Positions 30,002 through 40,726 of a stretch of DNA of 64,000 nt are shown piece by piece. The notes under the pieces were generated by a model. That model was given only the letters and a program-made list of their open reading frames with translations, had not been told where the DNA came from and made no database searches. Made by a program: the position numbers and the translations under genes. Each line of letters starts with the position of its first letter. Within the stretch, counting starts at the first letter, position 1. The stretch is from positions 1-64,000 of the forward strand of contig JBGANV010000008.1 in NCBI GenBank assembly GCA_044222185.1, read 5' to 3'. This DNA comes from Planctomycetota bacterium. GTDB lineage: Bacteria > Planctomycetota > GCA-002687715 > CAIWVZ01.

Positions 30002-33000
30002 TCACCGAGATTCGGAAGCGGCGTCCCTCACGACGAGACGGAACCCGAAGGTCGGATCCGCGGCATCGCTTTCGAACGACGTCAACGACGTGAGCGGAGC
30101 GACGGAGAACTGTGTGAAGGCTCCACCGAAGATGCACTGGCGCGCGTCGTTGCCGCCCGCGGCGCCGCCGCTGCGACACCACTCCGAGACCGAACCCGTG
30201 AGATCGAACACGCCGAACGGCGATTCGTCCGTGGGGAACGACGTCGGCGGTTCGGAGAAGATGAACGACCGCGAGCCGGCGGTCTTCTGCCAGCCCGGAC
30301 TGAACCACGAGCCGTATGCGTACGCGCGACCGTCCGATCCCATGGCGGCGCGCATGAGCTCGCCAGCGGTCGGTACGTCGAACACGAGTTTCCGGCCCGC
30401 TTCCCTCGCGCGATCGGTCCGCCACGCGGCATAAGCCACGGCATCGACGAACGACACGCCGTTCACGGGGAGGATCTGCTCGATCGGCCCCGCCTTGAGC
30501 CGGCCGTCGGGCGCGCGCGACACACGCGACCAGATGCTGCCGGCATGGGTTCCGTGCTTCGTGGTGCGGAAGGTCGCTCGTTCGCGCGTGACCTCGGGAG
30601 TCTTCGGGTCGTTCAGGAACTGGAGGAACTCCCCGACGAGCACCTCCCGCTCCATGATCGAGAATCCCCCAACCGACTCGCCGGCGCGGTCGATCGTACC
30701 GCCGGCCGACGGCCCGGCCCGCCGGCGATATTCGCCTGCCGGCACGTGCACGAACCCGGCCGGCGTGGCGCCGCGGAGCCGCAGGCTCACCGATCGGACG
30801 ACGGGGTCCGGTCTGGAGACGACGAACGGGATGCGCTCCGTCTCGCGGCCCGGAGCCCGGACGATCGCGAGCCACGAGCCGTCGGCAAGCCCCACGGAAT
30901 CACCCGACTCGACGCGGGATGCGGCGCTCGAGAACGCGGGCGTCGCGGTGATCCGGTAGCCGGCGCCAGCCGGGAGCCGAACGTCGCGCACCGATCCGTC
31001 GTGCCAGACGCGTGCGTGCTGTCCACCGTCCGAGGCGATCACGTCAGGGCGCGCCACCGCGAGTTGCGCCTGCGCAAAGTCGAGGATCTGCAACTCATTC
31101 CTGCCGCCGTCCCGGTCGACGACCACCGCATGCGCCCCCTTCGCCCCCCGCACGACGAGGATCTGGTACTCGGCGGGATCTCGGATGACGCTGCCATCGA
31201 TGGATACGAGGACGTCGCGGTGCTGCAGCGGCGGCCGGGCGTCATCGACGAAGCACGTGCCTTCGATCGGATGGCCGTCCAGGTCGAGCACCAGGTCGTC
31301 GATCACCAGTTCACCCTTGGGCTCGACGACCCGAAGGCACCAATGCCCGAGTGCGACGGGGAGCGGCGTCTGGCACCGGGGTTCCAGCACGAAGCGGCGC
31401 GATCCCCCAGGCGTCAGCTCGCCATCCTCGCGCCATCGGAAGAATTCGATCCGAGCTCCGGGGGCATCGACGACGAACACGACGGGGGTCACCCCCTCGA
31501 GTTCGTGACGAAACCGCCCCGCGCCGTCGTAGGCGCGAACGCGTGATTCCCAGAACACGACACCGCGAGAATCTCCGGAATGGCGGGCTTCGCACCAACG
31601 TTCGAAGCCGAGGGACGCCAGCAGGTCCCGTGCGGGCGTGAACCCAGGATTCGCATCGAGGACCGCCTCGGCCCTGTCGAACGCGGCCTGGAACTGCCGC
31701 TCGGCTTCGAGCCGCGTCGCGCGTGCCGCGATGTCACCTGCGGAATGCTGAGCGCGTTCCTCGGCGTTCAGGGCCCGCAGCCCCGCCTGTTCGTCGAGCC
31801 GGGCCGCCTCCAGTTCGAGGGTCACGGCACGGTCACGGATCTGGCGGTAGCTCGCAAGACGGTCGCGAGCCTCCGCGAGCCCGGCATCGCGATCGGTCAC
31901 GGCGCGCACGTGGGACGTGAACGCGACGACGGTCCAGAGAACGACCAGGCCAGATGCCGCGAGCCACGTCGCGGGTCGGCGCCGGACGGCACGCGCGAGA
32001 CGGTGCCGCAGGCTGGGCGGTCGCGCGAGAATGTCGCGAAGCTGCAGGAGTGCATCCAGATCGTCGGCGAAGGCCTCCGCCGTCGGATAGCGGCGCGAGG
32101 GATCGCGATCCATCGCCGTCAGGATCACCGTCTCCAGCTCCCGCGGGATGTCGCCTCGGACGCGCCGCGGAGGCTCGGGATCGCCGGCGAGGATCCGTGC
32201 GAAGAGCTGCTCGGGCGTGTCGCCCGAATATGGCGCACGACCGGTGACGATCTCGTAGAGAGTGACGCCCAGCGAGTAGACGTCGGCACGGCCGTCGATG
32301 CGCGCGCCCTTGCTCGAGACCTGCTCGGGCGCGGCGTAGCGGGGCGTTCCGCGGAACCAGCCAGTGTCCGTCAGGGTTTCGGCGCCGGCGACCCAGGCCA
32401 GGCCGAAGTCGACGAGCACGGCGCGGCCTTCGTAGGTGATCCGGATGTTCGACGGTTTCACGTCACGGTGGAGGATCCCGGCCTCGTGCGCGCACGCGAG
32501 GGCGCGCGCGACGTCACGGCACCAGCCCACCGCCTGGATGATCGTCGGACGCGTCGCGTCATCGCTCGCAGGTACGTGAATCTCGTCGAGTCCGTCGCCC
32601 GCGACGTACTCCATGGCGATCCAGGGGACGCCCCGTTCGGAGCCGCTGTCGATGACCGCGACGATTCCCGGGTGACGGAGCTGCGCCAGCACGCGCCCCT
32701 CCCGCTCGAAGCGCGCCGCGGCCTCTCGGGACGACAGGAGGCCAGGTCGCAGGAGCTTCAGCGCCACGCTTCGATCGAGGCCGCTCTGGCGAGCGAGCCA
32801 GACGACGCCAGCCCCGCCGCCACCGAGCCTTCGCAGCAGCCGGAATCCACCCACGTTGCGGAATGGCGGCTCGTCGGGATCCGGCTCTGCGGACCGCGTT
32901 CCCCGCCGGAACGCCCGCCCCAGGGCGCGCAGCTCGTCACGCTGTTCCGGGGTGAGGCCGGCGGTCGCGGCGATGACTTCGTCGACGTCGTCGACCGTTC

Positions 33001-33064
33001 CGGCCAGCACCCGATCCAGGATCGAGTCGAACACGGCCTCGCCAGTGACGTCGTCCGCCGCCAT
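30002..33064 (-). CDS. Ser/Thr protein kinase with TM helix and C-terminal FGE-sulfatase (SUMF1) domain
   Basis: LGGGGAGVV, VALK, HRDVKPSN, DFG, APE. C-terminal PVNGVSFVDA.AY, SPFGVFDLTGSVSEW, GFRLV. Confidence 0.92.
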   Translation of the reverse strand: MAADDVTGEAVFDSILDRVLAGTVDDVDEVIAATAGLTPEQRDELRALGRAFRRGTRSAEPDPDEPPFRNVGGFRLLRRLGGGGAGVVWLARQSGLDRSVALKLLRPGLLSSREAAARFEREGRVLAQLRHPGIVAVIDSGSERGVPWIAMEYVAGDGLDEIHVPASDDATRPTIIQAVGWCRDVARALACAHEAGILHRDVKPSNIRITYEGRAVLVDFGLAWVAGAETLTDTGWFRGTPRYAAPEQVSSKGARIDGRADVYSLGVTLYEIVTGRAPYSGDTPEQLFARILAGDPEPPRRVRGDIPRELETVILTAMDRDPSRRYPTAEAFADDLDALLQLRDILARPPSLRHRLARAVRRRPATWLAASGLVVLWTVVAFTSHVRAVTDRDAGLAEARDRLASYRQIRDRAVTLELEAARLDEQAGLRALNAEERAQHSAGDIAARATRLEAERQFQAAFDRAEAVLDANPGFTPARDLLASLGFERWCEARHSGDSRGVVFWESRVRAYDGAGRFRHELEGVTPVVFVVDAPGARIEFFRWREDGELTPGGSRRFVLEPRCQTPLPVALGHWCLRVVEPKGELVIDDLVLDLDGHPIEGTCFVDDARPPLQHRDVLVSIDGSVIRDPAEYQILVVRGAKGAHAVVVDRDGGRNELQILDFAQAQLAVARPDVIASDGGQHARVWHDGSVRDVRLPAGAGYRITATPAFSSAASRVESGDSVGLADGSWLAIVRAPGRETERIPFVVSRPDPVVRSVSLRLRGATPAGFVHVPAGEYRRRAGPSAGGTIDRAGESVGGFSIMEREVLVGEFLQFLNDPKTPEVTRERATFRTTKHGTHAGSIWSRVSRAPDGRLKAGPIEQILPVNGVSFVDAVAYAAWRTDRAREAGRKLVFDVPTAGELMRAAMGSDGRAYAYGSWFSPGWQKTAGSRSFIFSEPPTSFPTDESPFGVFDLTGSVSEWCRSGGAAGGNDARQCIFGGAFTQFSVAPLTSLTSFESDAADPTFGFRLVVRDAASESR

Positions 33065-33297
33065 GCGCCGGGGATCGTACACGTGGGGTACGGCGCGGTG
33101 GGACGGCGCGACCGGTCCTGCACCTGAGCGCGGGCCGGGGCAGCGGGCGATGCGCCTTGGGGTCGCGGCCGCCGCGGGCGCGGACTGGACGAGCCCAATC
33201 CGTTTTTTTCCCACCTGGCGTTCATCCGCGCGGACTCGTGCATTCCTCCCGCATGTCCAGGCAATTCCGCCTGGTGAAGCACTCACGGAGGACTCCC

Positions 33298-34647
33298 ATG
33301 CTCATCTCGAATCGGCTCGCGTGCGTCGCGGCCGTTCTTCTCGCGTGCACGCTGGCCAACGCCCAGTTCCAGGCAACCGGCCACGCGGCCACGACCCTCG
33401 CGATCCCCCCGACAGGAAGCGGCGGCAGCCCGGGCGGATGTTCGTTCGTCGTTCCTGGGCCGAACACGACGTCCTTCTCGGTCACCGTGAACGACACGTT
33501 CGTCGTCAACCGCGTGCGGGTCTCGATCGATCTGGTCCACTCCTACGTCGGCGACCTGAGGATCGCTCTCCACCACTACGCAACGGAAGTCGTCCTCTAC
33601 GACCGCACGCCCGGCTCGTCGAAGGACCTGAACGGCGTCTACACGTTCGATGACCAGGGCATCCTGTTCTTCGCGAATGCGTTGGCGGCGCCCGGCACCG
33701 TCGTCACCCCGAACACGTACATCCCGATCAATCCCCTCTCGCCATTCATCGGCACGAACTCGGGCGGACTCTGGACGCTCACGATCTGCGACAACGCGCC
33801 CGGTGACGTGGGGATCCTCCATGGTTTCGGGGTGGAGCTGTTCGGCGACGATCAGTTCGGAGGAACGGTGTCGCCCCCGTTGCAGATCCCGGACGGCACG
33901 ACGACGTGCGTCGCCCCCGTGACGCGGGCGATCAACGTCGTGAGCCCGGGCACGGTCGACACTCTCGACGTCGTTCTCGGTCTCACCCATCCCTTCCTCC
34001 GCGACCTCGACATCGCGGTGGCGCACGACGGAGTCGTCGTCCACCTGTCCAACGCTGGCACGATGTTCGGGGGCGCGGGCGGCAATTCCCTGTTCACGTT
34101 CTCCGACGACGCGGGGCAGACCTGGGATGGAGCCGCGGCCGTCGCGGGGTTCGGCACGATTCCCCAGGGCGCGTACCGCCCCGACGAACCGCTCGCGGCG
34201 TTCCGAGGCCACCCACTCGCCGGAGTCTGGCTCATCACCGTCTGCGATTCGCAGTTCTCCGACACGGGCTCGCTCACGCACGCGGGGCTCGTCGCCTCCC
34301 GATCCCCCTACGCCGTGGCGTTCGCGCAGAGCGGCCCCGGTCAAAGCGTCACCGTCATCAACTCCGGTGCGGCGCCCTACGATCACTACGTCAACCTCAT
34401 CACGCTCGTTCCGGGGACCTTCCCGAACGGCTGGCTCAACGGTCTCGACATCTCGTTCGCCGACGTCGTCACGCAAGTGAATCTCGGGCCGCCGTTCTTC
34501 GGCATCGTGGACATCAACGGCGTCGTCACGACCTCGATCCCGGGGCCGATCCCCAGCGGCATCGCCGTCCAGATCACGAGTTTCGAACTGAACGCGCAGA
34601 ACTCTCCGGTCGCGTCGGTCCGGGCATTCCAGTACGTCACCCAGTGA
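33298..34647 (+). CDS. Exported protein with two proprotein-convertase P-domain-like repeats plus C-terminal module
   Basis: GGAGGA RBS, signal ending ANA-Q, two repeats H(S/P)(Y/F)..DL.I.(L/V).H...PL..F.G....G.W....CD....D.G.L. Confidence 0.82.
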   Translation: MLISNRLACVAAVLLACTLANAQFQATGHAATTLAIPPTGSGGSPGGCSFVVPGPNTTSFSVTVNDTFVVNRVRVSIDLVHSYVGDLRIALHHYATEVVLYDRTPGSSKDLNGVYTFDDQGILFFANALAAPGTVVTPNTYIPINPLSPFIGTNSGGLWTLTICDNAPGDVGILHGFGVELFGDDQFGGTVSPPLQIPDGTTTCVAPVTRAINVVSPGTVDTLDVVLGLTHPFLRDLDIAVAHDGVVVHLSNAGTMFGGAGGNSLFTFSDDAGQTWDGAAAVAGFGTIPQGAYRPDEPLAAFRGHPLAGVWLITVCDSQFSDTGSLTHAGLVASRSPYAVAFAQSGPGQSVTVINSGAAPYDHYVNLITLVPGTFPNGWLNGLDISFADVVTQVNLGPPFFGIVDINGVVTTSIPGPIPSGIAVQITSFELNAQNSPVASVRAFQYVTQ

Positions 34648-34694
34648 ATTCAGGCATCCGCTCACACACCAACCAAGAGAAAGGCTCACGCACC

Positions 34695-36047
34695 ATGAAA
34701 CCCTCCATCTTTGCCGCCGTGACGATCGCCCTCGGCGTCGCGCTGTCGAGCGCCCCGGCACAGTTCGTCTCGCCGTATACGAACTCGACGACCCAACCGA
34801 TTCCCACATCGGGAACGGGCGGCGCACCCGGCGGTGCGTTGAACCCCGCGAACCAGACGTCGTTGAGCGTCGTCGTTCCGCGTGCGACGACGGTCGCCGA
34901 GGTCCGCCTCGACCTCGACATCACTCACACGGCGGTGGGCAACCTCCGCCTGGAACTCGAGCACTGCGGCACGATCGTTCCCCTGTACGCCCGGTCACCG
35001 AACACGACGGGCAACCTGAACGGCGTCTATCGGTTCCAGGACAACGCACCGACGACGTTCGCGTCGGCCGTCACTGCGGCGGGGAACGGAGGCGTCGTCG
35101 TCCCGAACGCCTACGCTCCGGCGTCGCCTCTCGCGGCTTTCAGCGGGATGAACGCGGCCGGCACCTGGACGGTGACCGTCTTCGACCTCGCCGCCGGCGA
35201 CTCGGGCGTGCTCGCGGGCATGACTCTGACGCTGATCGAGGGGGCGCTGTATCCGGCCGCCGGCGGTCCGAGCGTGAACATTCCCGACGGTCTCAACGGT
35301 GACTGCGTCGCGCCGGTGACGAAGGCCATCGCGGTGCCGACGCACGGGACCATCGACGACGTCGTGGTCCGCGTGACGATGGCGCATACGTTCGTCTCCG
35401 ATCTCGACATCACGATCCAGCACGGAAGCACCACCGTCTTCCTGTCGCAGTGGTCTGCGCCGACTTCGGGCGCGAACGTCTTCGGCGCCTATGCCTTCTG
35501 GGACGGTGCTTCGACGGCCTGGACTGCCATCGAAACCGCGACGCCGACCTCCGCCTTCATCCCGAGCGGCACGTATCGGCCGAACCAGCCTCTGTCGGCG
35601 TTCAAGGGCGCCGATCAGTTCGGGCCCTGGTATCTGACGGTCTGTGACCGCGGAACCAACGACGTCGGCGCACTGGACGTGGTGTCGGTCGAGATCGGAC
35701 ACAGTCAGTACGCGCTCACGATGACGCAGCCGAACGGCGCCGCGTCGGTCACCCTCGTCAACTCCGGCGGAGTCCCGGGCGATACGTTCATCAACCTCTT
35801 CACGCTCGCGCCGGGCAGCTACCCGTTCGGGTGGCTCGACGGCCTCGACATCACGATCAGCGACCTCGTCGCACAGGTTCAGTTCGGGTCACCCTTCACG
35901 GGAACGCTGGATCCCTGTGGGAGCGCGTCGGTGACGGTGGGCGGGCCCATTCCTTCGGGTCTGACGGTTTGGGGTGTGAGTTACGACATCGACGCGACCG
36001 GATCGCCTCGGATGATCAAGCGGGCGTTCACTTACACGACACAGTGA
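34695..36047 (+). CDS. Tandem paralog of 33298..34647 (two P-domains plus C-terminal module)
   Basis: Signal MKPSIFAAV..APA-Q, same repeat motifs, ends RAFTYTTQ versus RAFQYVTQ. Confidence 0.82.
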   Translation: MKPSIFAAVTIALGVALSSAPAQFVSPYTNSTTQPIPTSGTGGAPGGALNPANQTSLSVVVPRATTVAEVRLDLDITHTAVGNLRLELEHCGTIVPLYARSPNTTGNLNGVYRFQDNAPTTFASAVTAAGNGGVVVPNAYAPASPLAAFSGMNAAGTWTVTVFDLAAGDSGVLAGMTLTLIEGALYPAAGGPSVNIPDGLNGDCVAPVTKAIAVPTHGTIDDVVVRVTMAHTFVSDLDITIQHGSTTVFLSQWSAPTSGANVFGAYAFWDGASTAWTAIETATPTSAFIPSGTYRPNQPLSAFKGADQFGPWYLTVCDRGTNDVGALDVVSVEIGHSQYALTMTQPNGAASVTLVNSGGVPGDTFINLFTLAPGSYPFGWLDGLDITISDLVAQVQFGSPFTGTLDPCGSASVTVGGPIPSGLTVWGVSYDIDATGSPRMIKRAFTYTTQ

Positions 36048-36283
36048 CCGCGCGGGACGAGCGCGCCCCCAGTGGGCCGTGGGCGGGGCGGCGACGGCAA
36101 CCAAACGAGACTGAGTCTCATCATTTGCCGCCACCCCAACCGCGCCAGACAGATCGCGCGTGCCAGCAAAAATGTGCGCGAGATCCGCGACCAGCCGTCC
36201 ATTTCGGTGTAGATGTAGCGCGGTCGATGGCCTCGGCGACGAGGCCTTCGCCGTTTTCCGTTCACAGAGTTGGAGGCAGAACA

Positions 36284-38206
36284 ATGCGGCTAACCACCGT
36301 CCGGTCACTCGTTGCAGCGACGTTACTCCTCGCTTCGACTGCGTTTGCGCAGTTGAACGGCACCTACACGATCGACAGCTCGCTCGCCCCCGGCGGCGGC
36401 AACTACGTCACGTTCGCCGCGGCGGTAACCGACGTGACCACGCTCGGCGTCTCCGGCCCCGTCCAGTTCATCGTCTACAACGGGACCGGTCCCTACGTGG
36501 GCTTCGCGATCGCTGGCGCCATCACGGGCTCGTCCACGGCGAACACGGTCACGTTCGCCGCCGCGCCGGGTCACACTCCCGTCGTCAGCGGACCGTTCGG
36601 GACGAACGTGCAGACGATCAAGCTCGGCACCGCCGGCACGGTGAACAGCGGCCCACAGCACGTGCGGCTCACGGGCCTCACGGTCCAGGGCGCAGCCTCG
36701 GGCGCGGCGATCATCTGTGCCGGTTGCTCGGACATCGTGATCAGCTCCTGCATCACCCAGAACTGCGGCACGGGCATCAACTTCTACTTCACGCAGAACT
36801 CGACGATCCAGGACTGCGAGGTGATCAACTGCGGCATGACGGCAGGGTCGCCGGGCATCGCCACCTACCTCGGAGGCATCGGCCTCGCCGACAGCTCGAG
36901 CCTGAACGTCGTGCAGCGGAACAAGATCCACGACTGCATCGGCAACGGGTTCTTCATGGGCGGCGGTGGGAGCAACACGGCCCAGGTTTGGAACAACGTC
37001 GTCATCAACAACATGATCTGGAACTGCCCGGGCAGCGGCACCTACCCGGGTGGACTCTGCCTGCGCCGCGTGACGGGTTCGACCGTGTCGAACAACAGCA
37101 TCCTCATGCCTGCGGCGAGCGCGAACCCCGGCCTTCACATCATGGCGGCGGTGCTCGCGGTCACTCCCCCGGTCGGGGCGGCCGCCGAAGTGTCGAACAA
37201 CATGGTGAAGCACCTGGGCTCCGGCGGTTGCGTCGCGTTCGACGTGACCTCGGCCGTCGTCCCGACCATCTTCGACTACAACCTCTATGAGGCCGCAGGC
37301 GTGGGGCCTGTCGGCAAGGTCGGGACGACGAGCTACGCGACGCTGGCAGCGTGGCAGGCGCTCGCCGCGCCGAGCCTCGCGGGCAAGGAGCTCAACTCGA
37401 TCGCCGGCACGACGGGCTACCTGTCGGGCACGGACCTTCACATCACTCCGGCGTCCGGCGGATTCCTGAACGGGTCGCCGGTGGCCTTGGTGACGGACGA
37501 CATCGACCTCCAGGGTCGCCCCGGAACTCCGTGCCGCGGCGCGGACGAAACGACCGGCATCGGGCTCTTCTGCAGCTTCCAGGCCTCGCCCGTCACGGGT
37601 CCGGCCGCGCTGATCGTCAACTTCACCGACACGACGTTCACCAGCGATCCAGGCGGGGTCACGAGCTGGTCGTGGGACTTCGAGAACGACGGCATCGTCG
37701 ACTCGACGGCCCAGCATCCCTCGCACGTGTATCTCGTCCCGGGCCTCTACTCGGTGCGCCTCACCGTGACCGACGCGGCGAATCCGTCGTCGACGCTGGT
37801 GCGGCCCAACATGATCAACGTCGGCACCTACGACCTGGTCGTCCAGACCTCCGGAGGCGGAGTCGGCAACCTGTCGATCTACCCGATCCCGCCGCAGTTC
37901 CAGAACCCCACGGCGGCCACTGGCTACCTGCTCATCTCGTTCGCGACGACGTCGCCGGTCAACACGGGGCCGCTCCTCCACCTCGTCCCGGACGCCACCA
38001 CCTGGAGCATCCTTGCGTCGCCCGCGTCGACAGGGGACATCCTCCACTGGAACGTCACCCCGGGCCTGTTCCCGACGGTGCCGCTGATCATTCCGGCCGG
38101 AAGCTTGAGCTTCCTGGCCGGCGTGAGCGCTGACTTCGTCCAGTTGGATCTTTCGCCGAGCATGGGTTTCCTGTCGCTCTCGACCGCGCGCCGCGTGACC
38201 TTCTGA
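36284..38206 (+). CDS. Exported right-handed beta-helix + PKD domain protein with C-terminal module
   Basis: GGAGG RBS, signal AFA-Q, LNGTYTID start, Asn-ladder repeats, PKD WSWDFENDG..Y..PG.YSVRLTV, ends RRVTF. Confidence 0.85.
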   Translation: MRLTTVRSLVAATLLLASTAFAQLNGTYTIDSSLAPGGGNYVTFAAAVTDVTTLGVSGPVQFIVYNGTGPYVGFAIAGAITGSSTANTVTFAAAPGHTPVVSGPFGTNVQTIKLGTAGTVNSGPQHVRLTGLTVQGAASGAAIICAGCSDIVISSCITQNCGTGINFYFTQNSTIQDCEVINCGMTAGSPGIATYLGGIGLADSSSLNVVQRNKIHDCIGNGFFMGGGGSNTAQVWNNVVINNMIWNCPGSGTYPGGLCLRRVTGSTVSNNSILMPAASANPGLHIMAAVLAVTPPVGAAAEVSNNMVKHLGSGGCVAFDVTSAVVPTIFDYNLYEAAGVGPVGKVGTTSYATLAAWQALAAPSLAGKELNSIAGTTGYLSGTDLHITPASGGFLNGSPVALVTDDIDLQGRPGTPCRGADETTGIGLFCSFQASPVTGPAALIVNFTDTTFTSDPGGVTSWSWDFENDGIVDSTAQHPSHVYLVPGLYSVRLTVTDAANPSSTLVRPNMINVGTYDLVVQTSGGGVGNLSIYPIPPQFQNPTAATGYLLISFATTSPVNTGPLLHLVPDATTWSILASPASTGDILHWNVTPGLFPTVPLIIPAGSLSFLAGVSADFVQLDLSPSMGFLSLSTARRVTF

Positions 38207-38577
38207 GAGCGAGACCTTTCCTGGGAGGGACGCCGCGCCTGAAACTCGTGGCGACCTCCCCCCCGCCGGGCGGCAATCCATGTCGCCCGGCCCCGCGCCT
38301 CGGACCCGAGGCCGTCGCCGCAAGCCGGAGCCACCGCCCGCGCTGAACGTGCGCCGGGCCGCGCAAAGCCGCGGGGCTCGACCGGAATTTCCGCGGCATC
38401 GACTGCCGCTGCTGCCCCCGGGCACGGAGGGGGAAGTTCCGCACTGCGGCCTTCAAGAAAAGCGGGAGCCCCACTTACACAACCGGGGTCCGAAGGTGTA
38501 CATAAGGGCAGTACGCGTCCCGATCGGCGGGCGCGAATTTGCCGTTCCCCCCTCCAGCCTGAATCGGAAGTCCAGAC

Positions 38578-40509
38578 ATGCGGTCCCGATCTGTCCTCCC
38601 CCTCCTCTCATCGTTCGTCTTGACGTGTGCCATCGCAGCCGCACAGCTGAATGGCACCTACACCATCGACAGCTCGCTCCCTGCGGGAAGCGGGAACTAC
38701 ACCACGTTCGCCGCTGCTGTCACCGACCTCACCACGCTTGGTGTTTCCGGCGCGGTGACGTTCGTCGTCTACCCCGGTGTCGGTGCGTACACGGGATTCG
38801 CGCTTGCCACGCCGGTGACCGGCGCCTCGGCCGCGAACACCATCACGTTCGTCGCGGCTCCGAGCACAACGCCGCTCGTGAGCGGGCTCGCCTCGGGCGT
38901 CGTTCAGACGATCCGGCTCGGTGGCACCGCCAGCACGGCGAACCTCGGTCCGTCGTTCGTGACGCTCCAGGGTCTCACGGTGACGGCCGCAGCAGCGGGA
39001 GCAGGCATCATCGTGGTTGGCGCCAACAGCTGCCAGGTCCTGAACTGCACCGTCTACGGCACGGTCACGCCGGCCCTCGCCTCGGGCAGCGGCATCCAGA
39101 TCGTGAACTCCAACAACTGCCGCATCGCTGACTGCGAGGTCTACAACACCGGCGCGACGCCGGGAACCCCGGGCAGCAACGCCTACTCCGGCGGCGTCGG
39201 CATCTATCTCGGACCGTGCACCGGGAACGTCCTCGAGCGCAATCGCGTCCACGACGTCTATGGCCAAGGCGTGTTCGTCGGAACGAGCGGCAGCACGACC
39301 ATGCCGTCCAATGTCACCGTCGTCAACAACATGGTTTGGAACTGCCCGGGCACCGGGACCTACGTCGGCGGCATCGCGCTCCGTCGCACCCCCGGCCTGA
39401 TCTGCGCCAACAACTCGGTGCTCATGCCGGCCGGAACGATCCAGCCCGGCATCCACCAGATGACGGCCGACGGCATTCCGGCCGTCATGGCGAACAACGT
39501 CGTGCGCCACGACGGATCCGGCGCCTGCTTCCGCCTGGAGTCGACGACGGCCGGCGTCCCGACCCTCTTCGACTACAACGCCTATGAGCCGGGCCCGACA
39601 GCCTTCGTCGGCCAGGTGAGCACGACCACGAACTATGCGACGCTCGCCGCGTGGCAGGGCGTCGCGTCGCCGAGCATGGCTGGCAAGGAACTCAACACCC
39701 TGACCGGCTCGGTCGCGTTCCTCACCGGAACCGATCTGCACATCACCGCAGCCTCCATCGGATTCAACAACGGAACGCCGGTCGCGGCCGTGACCGTCGA
39801 CATCGACGGACAGCTGCGCAACGCCGGAACTCCGTGCCGCGGCGCGGACGAGACGACGGGCGTGGGTCTGTTCCCGAGCTTCACCGCATCTCCGACGACT
39901 GGCGCCGCTGCGTTGAACGTGAACTTCACGGATACGACGTTCACGAGCGATCCAGGCGGGGTCACGAGCTGGGCCTGGGACTTCGAGAACGACGGCATCG
40001 TGGATTCGACCGTGCAGAACCCGTCGCACACGTACCTCGTGCCCGGCACGTACTCGGTTCGCCTGGCCGTGACGGATGCGTCCAATCCGGCGAACTTCCT
40101 GCTGCGCTCGAACCTGATCACCGTGAACCCGTACGACCTCGTCGTCACGACGACGGGCGGCGGCGTCGGTGACCTGACGATCTCCCCGATCCCGCCCCAG
40201 TACCAGAACCCGACGGCCGCCACGGGCTTCCTGCTGATCTCGTTCGCCACGACGCAAGCGGTGAACACGGGTCCGTTCCTCCACCTCATCCCGGACGCGA
40301 CCACGTTCAGCATCCTGACGACGCCGGCCAGCGTCGGAGACATCCTCCACTGGGTCGTGACGCCGGGCCTGTTCCCGACCGTCCCGCTCAGCTTCCCCGC
40401 GGGAAGTCTGACGGTGCTGACGGGTGTGAGCGTGGACTTCGTCCAGGTCGACCTGTCGCCGACGCAGTCGCTGCTCTCGCTCTCGAGCGCGCGCCGCGTC
40501 ACGTTCTGA
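38578..40509 (+). CDS. Tandem paralog of 36284..38206 (beta-helix + PKD + C-terminal module)
   Basis: Collinear similarity along the whole length, WAWDFENDG, ends RRVTF. Confidence 0.85.
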   Translation: MRSRSVLPLLSSFVLTCAIAAAQLNGTYTIDSSLPAGSGNYTTFAAAVTDLTTLGVSGAVTFVVYPGVGAYTGFALATPVTGASAANTITFVAAPSTTPLVSGLASGVVQTIRLGGTASTANLGPSFVTLQGLTVTAAAAGAGIIVVGANSCQVLNCTVYGTVTPALASGSGIQIVNSNNCRIADCEVYNTGATPGTPGSNAYSGGVGIYLGPCTGNVLERNRVHDVYGQGVFVGTSGSTTMPSNVTVVNNMVWNCPGTGTYVGGIALRRTPGLICANNSVLMPAGTIQPGIHQMTADGIPAVMANNVVRHDGSGACFRLESTTAGVPTLFDYNAYEPGPTAFVGQVSTTTNYATLAAWQGVASPSMAGKELNTLTGSVAFLTGTDLHITAASIGFNNGTPVAAVTVDIDGQLRNAGTPCRGADETTGVGLFPSFTASPTTGAAALNVNFTDTTFTSDPGGVTSWAWDFENDGIVDSTVQNPSHTYLVPGTYSVRLAVTDASNPANFLLRSNLITVNPYDLVVTTTGGGVGDLTISPIPPQYQNPTAATGFLLISFATTQAVNTGPFLHLIPDATTFSILTTPASVGDILHWVVTPGLFPTVPLSFPAGSLTVLTGVSVDFVQVDLSPTQSLLSLSSARRVTF

Positions 40510-40560
40510 TGCGACAGCCACACTGCGCCGCGCGGTGAAGCCGCGCGGACAGCCGTGAAT

Positions 40561-40602
40561 CGAAGCCGATGCCTGTCAAAGGGCGTCGGCTTCGTTCGTT
40601 TC
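40561..40602 (+). terminator. Probable intrinsic terminator after the second beta-helix gene
   Basis: Stem CGAAGCCGATGCC/GGCGTCGGCTTCG (one G-U pair) followed by TTCGTTTC. Confidence 0.55.
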
Positions 40603-40726
40603 GGGGCCCGTTCGCGGATGCTTGCGCCGAAATCGCGTTTGCGAGTACGCTTCCCGGCTACGCCGCCGGTCCGAGTCGATGCCTCCCCCGATCCGGAGGA
40701 GTCGAAGAAAAAGGAGTCAGACAGAG

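Noticed and set aside
38318-38400. c-di-GMP-I riboswitch-like string CGCAAAGCCGCGGGG
   Set aside because: The upstream GCAAA..GAAA P2 stem is missing; probably an ordinary GC hairpin. An Rfam scan would settle it.
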